From positions 1-6,311 of IMG/VR virus record IMGVR_UViG_3300020040_000015: a stretch of DNA of 6,311 bases. One strand, given 5' to 3'. A program made the translations under genes and the position numbers. Each line of letters opens with the position of its first letter. The stretch's first letter is position 1. The stretch comes from a virus. The notes beneath the pieces are model-generated. The model made no database searches. It had not been told where the DNA came from and saw nothing but the letters and a program-made list of their open reading frames with translations. Positions 1-3,944 of the stretch are shown here, in pieces.

Positions 1-75
1 ATAGTCAATGAATCCATATTTTGCAATTCTTTTTGGCGTTGAGTGTACAGCGCGAAGAACTCGAGCAATCGCAAT
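1..75. repeat. Terminal redundancy, copy 1 of 2. It is identical to 6237-6311 and marks a circular genome or assembly overlap.
   Basis: Base-by-base comparison shows atagtcaatgaatccatattttgcaattctttttggcgttgagtgtacagcgcgaagaactcgagcaatcgcaat at both window ends. A minus-strand ORF reads through the junction in frame. Confidence 0.95.
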
Positions 76-1149
76 ACTATCGTCATTGCGAGCAGACGAG
101 AATCGGGGCAATAAGGTACGGATATACGACATGGGTGGAGTTGACCGAACACTGACTCCGTTGAAATTATAGATTCTTCCATTAACGACAGAATCGATTT
201 TTTGCTCAATCTGCGCATAAGGGTCCTCACCTTCCACGAAATCACAACCTTTCTCAAAGAATCCGAGAGATGCTCTCGAGCGGGGTCTAAACGCGCGGCA
301 TGAACGATATAATAAGGGAGCAGAACTAAGGCTATTAACGTAACTCGAAACGTATGAAGAAGCCCCACCTCGGGCAATCTGGAAATCTGAACGACCGAAT
401 TTCCAACTCTTATCGTGACAGTATCGTAATACCTCTGAGACTTCTTTCGAGTTTGTGAATAATAAGATATGATAATGCGGACGGAAATGGACAGGGCCGT
501 ACTCACCGACAGCGTAGAAATGTAACGTCTCATAAGAACCTAATTGTTTATATAAATATTTACGTAATCTTTTAATATAGTTCTGAACATCAACATAGTT
601 TAAAAAGGGAATAAGGTTATCACAACCATATTGTTCAGAAGCGGGATAATCCGTTTTGTCAACCGATTGCGTCTTATAGATAAAATTACGAATAGCAGCC
701 ATACTGAGAAACCAATTATCTCTAACAGGAATATATTCCTTAATCGCACGGTCAAACGGCACTGTGCCTTGTACTTGCTCGAAGAATATATGACGCAACG
801 CGGAGTCATCATCACATTGATATTCGGAAACAGGGATATATTTATGACGTTCATCACCAAAATGGATATCCCCTGAGATACCTACAACGTCCTCATATTC
901 ACTATGCAGAACTTTACAATTAAACAGAGGAATATGTTCGTTATCATACGTAAGCGTCACAAAATAAGAATACTTAAAAGCACTTCCAGCGGTCTTCACA
1001 CGCATGGACGCCTTTTTAGCACGCTTATGAATACAATAATCACATTGACCACAATCTACGGCAATGCGTGCACCAGTGTAACGATTAGTAATAAACGAAC
1101 GATACTGACAATGATCAGTCGCTTTCAATAAATCAGGAGAAAATTTCAT
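1..1149 (-). CDS. VP4: Replication initiation protein (Microviridae VP4 / protein A-like HUH endonuclease), N-terminal 383 codons. The ORF runs off the window edge and continues at 6236 on the circle.
   Basis: My own translation from the ATG at 1149..1147 gives MKFSPDLLKATDHCQYRSFITNRYTGARIAVDCGQCDYCIHKRAKK...FVTLTYD...EYGPVHFRPHYHILLF...GGASSYVSSYVNS...AKYGFIDY, with no stop down to base 1. It contains a Cys cluster (CGQCDYC), motif I (FVTLTY, aa 63-68), HUH motif II (HYH at nt 469-477) and a YxxxY catalytic pair (Y266/Y270, nt 340-354). The supplied ORF track does not list it, apparently because it has no in-window stop. Confidence 0.93.
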   Translation of the reverse strand, partial: MKFSPDLLKATDHCQYRSFITNRYTGARIAVDCGQCDYCIHKRAKKASMRVKTAGSAFKYSYFVTLTYDNEHIPLFNCKVLHSEYEDVVGISGDIHFGDERHKYIPVSEYQCDDDSALRHIFFEQVQGTVPFDRAIKEYIPVRDNWFLSMAAIRNFIYKTQSVDKTDYPASEQYGCDNLIPFLNYVDVQNYIKRLRKYLYKQLGSYETLHFYAVGEYGPVHFRPHYHILLFTNSKEVSEVLRYCHDKSWKFGRSDFQIARGGASSYVSSYVNSLSSAPLLYRSCRAFRPRSRASLGFFEKGCDFVEGEDPYAQIEQKIDSVVNGRIYNFNGVSVRSTPPMSYIRTLLPRFSSARNDDSIAIARVLRAVHSTPKRIAKYGFIDY

Positions 1150-1151
1150 AA

Positions 1152-1460
1152 TTATTTACGTTTATCAATCACTTGATGACGGTTACGCCTACCAAATGAA
1201 ATATGAATAAATGTAGGATATAATATTAGCTGATCAAATACATGAACATTGTCTGAATAACTATGAATATGTTCAAGTAATCGACCATAAGTAGTAGAGC
1301 CATAAGGTTTAATATCAATAACCTCTCCAAACAGATGCTGCGAATTAGAAACACCACCGGCAGCCTTATTTTCAGCAACAGAACGTTTAGCGCTTGTTAT
1401 CGTAAAATGCAAATTAAAACATAACAGATGCTCAAGAAAATCCATAAGAGTAGAATTCAT
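1152..1460 (-). CDS. Zinc D-Ala-D-Ala-carboxypeptidase-like cell-wall peptidase (Peptidase_M15_3-like), a putative endolysin.
   Basis: The 102-aa ORF contains ITSAKRSVAENKAAGGVSNSQHLFGEVIDI, which fits the family pattern S-x-x-R-S-x-x-x-N-x-x-x-GG-x-x-x-S-x-H-x-x-G-x-x-x-D. A downstream FIHISF could supply the third metal ligand (the fvHvD position). Its ATG (1460..1458) overlaps the upstream stop as ATGA, and its stop lies 2 nt before the rep ATG. The family assignment is from remembered motifs, not a search. Confidence 0.72.
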   Translation of the reverse strand: MNSTLMDFLEHLLCFNLHFTITSAKRSVAENKAAGGVSNSQHLFGEVIDIKPYGSTTYGRLLEHIHSYSDNVHVFDQLILYPTFIHISFGRRNRHQVIDKRK

Positions 1461-1540
1461 AAGCCAATAGCATTAAGGACATAACCCAAGGCAGCAGACA
1501 CAGCGCCAATTATAATTTTCCAAATATTACTACTTTTCAT
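1457..1540 (-). CDS. Small membrane peptide of 27 aa with a single Gly/Ala/Ser-rich hydrophobic helix. It is a candidate holin-like or signal-anchor element coupled to the peptidase.
   Basis: The ATG at 1540..1538 gives MKSSNIWKIIIGAVSAALGYVLNAIGL. It has Lys at positions 2 and 8, followed by 19 uncharged residues. Its TGA (1459..1457) overlaps the peptidase ATG. The track shows a 74-aa version from a GTG/ATG at 1681/1678, but that would lie almost wholly inside the 64-aa ORF in another frame, so the true start is uncertain. Confidence 0.45.
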   Translation of the reverse strand: MKSSNIWKIIIGAVSAALGYVLNAIGL

Positions 1541-1724
1541 CACTCTGAGATTTAAGTTCAACAAAATTATTTTCCTCTTTAATCGAATCCACAATGACAA
1601 TAAGACCCAGCGAAGAAACTCGCTCAGAATAATCTCCAAGGCCATCGAGAGAATTGACAATATAAGGCGAAATAACATCACGACCAGTGTTTTTGTCTTT
1701 AACTGAAATAATAAACTTTTGCAT
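1530..1724 (-). CDS. Hypothetical protein of 64 aa and unknown function. It is the first gene after the predicted promoter.
   Basis: The ATG at 1724..1722 lies 51 nt downstream of a TAtaTTTG box. The composition is balanced and hydrophilic (MQKFIISVKDKNTGRDVISPYIVNSLDGLGDYSERV...SQSDEK). It ends with TAG at 1530-1532, overlapping the start of the small membrane peptide by 11 nt. I recognise no motif. Confidence 0.55.
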   Translation of the reverse strand: MQKFIISVKDKNTGRDVISPYIVNSLDGLGDYSERVSSLGLIVIVDSIKEENNFVELKSQSDEK

Positions 1725-1775
1725 AATTATAAAAATTTTAAAGGGTTAATAATAGTTGTAACTTCTAACTGGGGG

Positions 1776-1806
1776 CAAATATACAGATTATTTTTATCAA
1801 ACCAAA
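1776..1806 (-). promoter_or_regulatory. Candidate Bacteroidota-type promoter with a -33 TTTG, a 19-nt spacer and a -7 TAtaTTTG.
   Basis: The minus strand reads cTTTTGgtttgataaaaataatctgTATATTTGccc. The -7 box is the complement of 1776-1783 and the -33 TTTG is the complement of 1803-1806, separated by 19 nt. This matches the published Bacteroides consensus (TTTG / TAnnTTTG). It is followed by the ORF64, peptide, peptidase and rep genes. Confidence 0.5.
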
Positions 1807-1874
1807 AGAAAACTGTTTTTTTTTAGATTCTACCATAGAGTGTGAGTTGTGCGTTTATAGACAAGAGATAGGAG

Positions 1875-1897
1875 AATTCGAGAGGATAACTCGAATT
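1875..1897. repeat. Perfect 8-bp inverted repeat forming a stem-loop with a 7-nt loop.
   Basis: The arm aattcgag (1875-1882) pairs with ctcgaatt (1890-1897) around the loop aggataa (1883-1889). It is nested inside an imperfect helix of tgtgcg (1848-1853) with cgcaca (1903-1908), extended by agt (1845-1847) with act (1911-1913) after a 2-nt bulge. Confidence 0.65.
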
Positions 1898-1963
1898 TGC
1901 TTCGCACACAACTAGGGGCTTCGCTTAATTAACAAGTGGATGTATACAGAGGTGTATAGGCAC

Positions 1964-1986
1964 GGCAAGGCAGAAACTGTCTTGCC
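1964..1986. repeat. 10-bp inverted repeat forming a stem-loop.
   Basis: The arm ggcaaggcag (1964-1973) pairs with ctgtcttgcc (1977-1986) around the loop aaa. There are nine Watson-Crick pairs and one G:T on the plus strand, which becomes an A:C mismatch on the minus strand. Confidence 0.65.
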
Positions 1987-2127
1987 TTTGCGCACCTACG
2001 TGCTAAAATACCGAAGCGGAACGCTTCTCTAAGGAAGTCGCTCCGCTCCATATTTCGATCAGGCCCTACGCGGGCGGCGGGTGTATATCGCTCAAACGCC
2101 GCGATGGGCTTTTAGTCCTGAAGAATG

Positions 2128-2295
2128 CTACCTAACAATCGGCTCTTTTTTATATGATTGTTTAGGAATTATACGATAAGTATAAATAGGATTAGACTCA
2201 AACTTAGAAATCCATTTAAAAGCATCATCCATAGAGTTAACACGCAATGAAAATACAACTTTACGTCCTTCTGTAATTCTTAATTCGTAATACAT
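2128..2295 (-). CDS. Hypothetical small protein of 55 aa. It falls below the ORF-track length cutoff.
   Basis: My own translation from the ATG at 2295..2293 gives MYYELRITEGRKVVFSLRVNSMDDAFKWISKFESNPIYTYRIIPKQSYKKEPIVR, ending with TAG at 2128-2130. An in-frame TAA lies 5 codons upstream of the ATG. The composition is protein-like, and a TAtaTTTG box sits 26 nt upstream. Confidence 0.5.
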   Translation of the reverse strand: MYYELRITEGRKVVFSLRVNSMDDAFKWISKFESNPIYTYRIIPKQSYKKEPIVR

Positions 2296-2321
2296 AATAT
2301 ATCTGTTTTAGTTTCACATTA

Positions 2322-2355
2322 CAAATATACGAAATAGTTTGCAAAGTACAACAAA
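2322..2355 (-). promoter_or_regulatory. Candidate Bacteroidota-type promoter with a -7 TAtaTTTG but suboptimal -33 spacing.
   Basis: The minus strand reads cTTTGttgtacTTTGcaaactatttcgTATATTTGtaatg. The -7 box is the complement of 2322-2329. TTTG elements lie 12 nt (2342-2345) and 22 nt (2352-2355) upstream. The octamer is identical to the one at 1776-1783. Confidence 0.35.
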
Positions 2356-2377
2356 GTTGGAGTTAAAAAGTATTAAT

Positions 2378-3493
2378 TTATCTACGGCCAATACTATTGC
2401 CAACACCTTGAAAAACACGAGTACCATAATCAAGAGCATTACGCAATTCATAAGAATTAACGTCCTTCTGTTTCTGTTTGGAACTCCACTTATAATAATC
2501 ACGCAAGGCTTTTTCTTTAGAATACTCCATATTCTTAAGAACATTCGTATTCTTAGAATCCCATAATGAACCTAAACCACGAGCACGATTAGACTGAATA
2601 TTTGCATAAATCAAAGAATCAGCAGTCTGAGAAGCAATCCTATTGTTGATACGAATACCGTTCGTTTCAGCAGCAGTCTTTACAGCCTGTGCCATTTGAT
2701 TTTTATACTGGGCTTCAGAAAGAGCACCTTGGGCATACAAATTAGCCAAAGTCTGACCTTTAATAAACAAGTCAGCTTGTTGTTGTTCATCAAGGTACTT
2801 ATTAAGTACCTGTTGGGCTTCAGAATCAAGAAGAATCTGTGATTCTTGGGCCGATGTAAGACGACCTGCAAACTCCATATTCTTAAGTTCCTGATACTCC
2901 TTAGACTGATCTAATAAAGCAGAACGTCTACCAGTAGAAGCATTCCAATAGCCAGACTGGCCGACACCGATATTACGATAATTGGTATCACCAAGAATCT
3001 GATTAATACGGTAGGGGGTAAGAGCAGCATTTTGTTCCGCATTCATCATCGAAGCACGAGCCTGAGCCATAGAAGCAAGAGCAGTACCAACATCCGAAAA
3101 ATCAGGACGGAATGCCTGTAAACTAGGAGCGGGAGAAGCGGAAGCAGCAGCACCACCAGAAGCGGGAGACTTAGAGCCAGCCATAGCGGCAGAACCTTGA
3201 ACAAACGGGTTTAAACCACGAGAAATCATCGCATTAGGAGAATTATAAGAATTATTCATTCCCCACATTTTCTCGTGCCAATCACGTTGAATTTGAGCTT
3301 GCTGAGCATTAAATGCATTATTTTCACGGTTAATATCAATACTAGTCTGGTTGGTCTTATTCTGTGAAGAAGCGCCAATAGCATTACCAGCAAGTGAAGC
3401 ACCAGCAGCAATAACGCCACCAAGAACAAGCGGAGCAATATGCTTTTCGGAAAGCCCCATTAAGGGGCTTTCTCCAATATCATAGAACCTCAT
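2378..3493 (-). CDS. VP2: Minor capsid / DNA pilot protein (VP2 / protein H-like).
   Basis: This is a 371-aa ORF. It has an N-terminal Gly/Ala-rich hydrophobic segment (LVLGGVIAAGASLAGNAIGASS), an Ala/Ser/Gly-rich low-complexity stretch, then a Gln/Ala-rich region that looks helical. Size, composition and position next to the capsid genes fit microvirus pilot proteins. The ATG (3493..3491) overlaps the upstream TGA as ATGA. Function is assigned from composition and synteny, not from a motif. Confidence 0.72.
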   Translation of the reverse strand: MRFYDIGESPLMGLSEKHIAPLVLGGVIAAGASLAGNAIGASSQNKTNQTSIDINRENNAFNAQQAQIQRDWHEKMWGMNNSYNSPNAMISRGLNPFVQGSAAMAGSKSPASGGAAASASPAPSLQAFRPDFSDVGTALASMAQARASMMNAEQNAALTPYRINQILGDTNYRNIGVGQSGYWNASTGRRSALLDQSKEYQELKNMEFAGRLTSAQESQILLDSEAQQVLNKYLDEQQQADLFIKGQTLANLYAQGALSEAQYKNQMAQAVKTAAETNGIRINNRIASQTADSLIYANIQSNRARGLGSLWDSKNTNVLKNMEYSKEKALRDYYKWSSKQKQKDVNSYELRNALDYGTRVFQGVGNSIGRR

Positions 3494-3933
3494 TGAACAG
3501 AAGCGTCAGGGGCGGGCGATGGATCGGGCGCTGACTGTTGCTCTGCCAACATTTCCTGAGCGAACTTAGTAAGTTCAGACTTCTCACTAGCCAATTGTTG
3601 AAGAACAGCCTGTCGTTCCGACATCGTCTGACAATGTCGGGAAATAACACAAGCGAATCGTTCCTCATCAGTCATGCCATCCATAACAGTAGACTGAGTA
3701 GGGTGCATCTGGGCAAGGATGTTCTGAACGTTCATATCACCAAGGAGACGACGATATTTTTCTTGATTCAGCAGAATCTGAGTCATATCAGCTTGAATCA
3801 AATCACCGTCTGAAGTTTCATCGTACATGACTGAATCATATACAGATTGCTGATAACACGGATTATCCTCAACCAATTCGGGGATAACCTCATTTTTAAT
3901 ATAATCGGGATTTTTATAAGCAAAACTTCTCAT
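3490..3933 (-). CDS. Hypothetical protein, possibly an internal scaffolding protein (VP3-like by size and position).
   Basis: The track ORF (3490..3942) begins at a TTG. The first ATG is at 3933..3931 and gives a 147-aa product (MRSFAYKNPDYIKNEVIPELVEDNP...). The protein is acidic, has a Pro/Ala/Ser tail and sits between the capsid and pilot genes. No diagnostic motif was recognised. Confidence 0.6.
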   Translation of the reverse strand: MRSFAYKNPDYIKNEVIPELVEDNPCYQQSVYDSVMYDETSDGDLIQADMTQILLNQEKYRRLLGDMNVQNILAQMHPTQSTVMDGMTDEERFACVISRHCQTMSERQAVLQQLASEKSELTKFAQEMLAEQQSAPDPSPAPDASVQ

Positions 3934-3944
3934 AATAAACAAAA

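Larger units (their letters stand above)
1840..2113. other. GC-rich, hairpin-dense noncoding island of unknown function. It could be a complementary-strand origin, a structured RNA or a recombination site.
   Basis: There is a local composition jump. By my count 2061-2110 has 34/50 G+C, against 14/50 in 1731-1780. The island holds at least four stem-loops (1875-1897, 1964-1986, 2013-2027, 2063-2109) plus an enclosing helix (1845-1853 with 1903-1913). It has no ORF of at least 60 aa and lies between ORF55 and the 1776-1806 promoter. Confidence 0.6.

Noticed and set aside
1-75. The 75-nt direct repeats at both ends, considered as LTR-like or transposon ends.
   Set aside because: The repeat lies inside the rep coding frame and the ORF is continuous across the joined ends. 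This is the signature of a circular contig with assembly overlap, not a mobile-element terminus.
1816-1824. A T9 homopolymer (A9 on the coding strand) just upstream of the -33 element.
   Set aside because: It could act as an A-tract or UP-like element, or as a slippage-prone run. However, it is noncoding and common in AT-rich phage DNA, and nothing in the sequence distinguishes a function.
1840-2113. A tRNA, tmRNA or hammerhead-type ribozyme in the GC-rich island.
   Set aside because: The ttcgag and tcgaaat strings lack flanking 5-bp T-arm complementarity. No acceptor/D/anticodon cloverleaf could be drawn on either strand. No CUGAUGA...GAAA hammerhead core is present; the closest string is ctgaaga at 2118-2124. 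Without a covariance-model search, nothing more specific than 'structured' can be supported.
2063-2113. A plus-strand stem (gccc/gcggcg...cgccgc/gggc) followed by tttt, resembling an intrinsic terminator.
   Set aside because: It is oriented for the plus strand, which carries no genes. On the coding strand the U-tract would precede the stem. There are only four T residues and a large internal loop. It is kept as part of the structured island rather than called a terminator.
2314-3668. Other minus-strand alternate-frame ORFs: 2314-2544, 2680-2871, 3256-3438 and 3480-3668.
   Set aside because: They are nested in or overlap the pilot and scaffold-like genes in other frames. They have hydrophobic or low-complexity translations and no independent start context. 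2314-2544 would also run across the predicted promoter at 2322-2329.
3934-3942. A TTG start at 3942 for the scaffold-like gene, as used by the ORF track (150 aa).
   Set aside because: An ATG lies three codons downstream (3933), and the TTG sits only 2 nt from the capsid stop codon. I prefer the ATG but cannot exclude the TTG from sequence alone.
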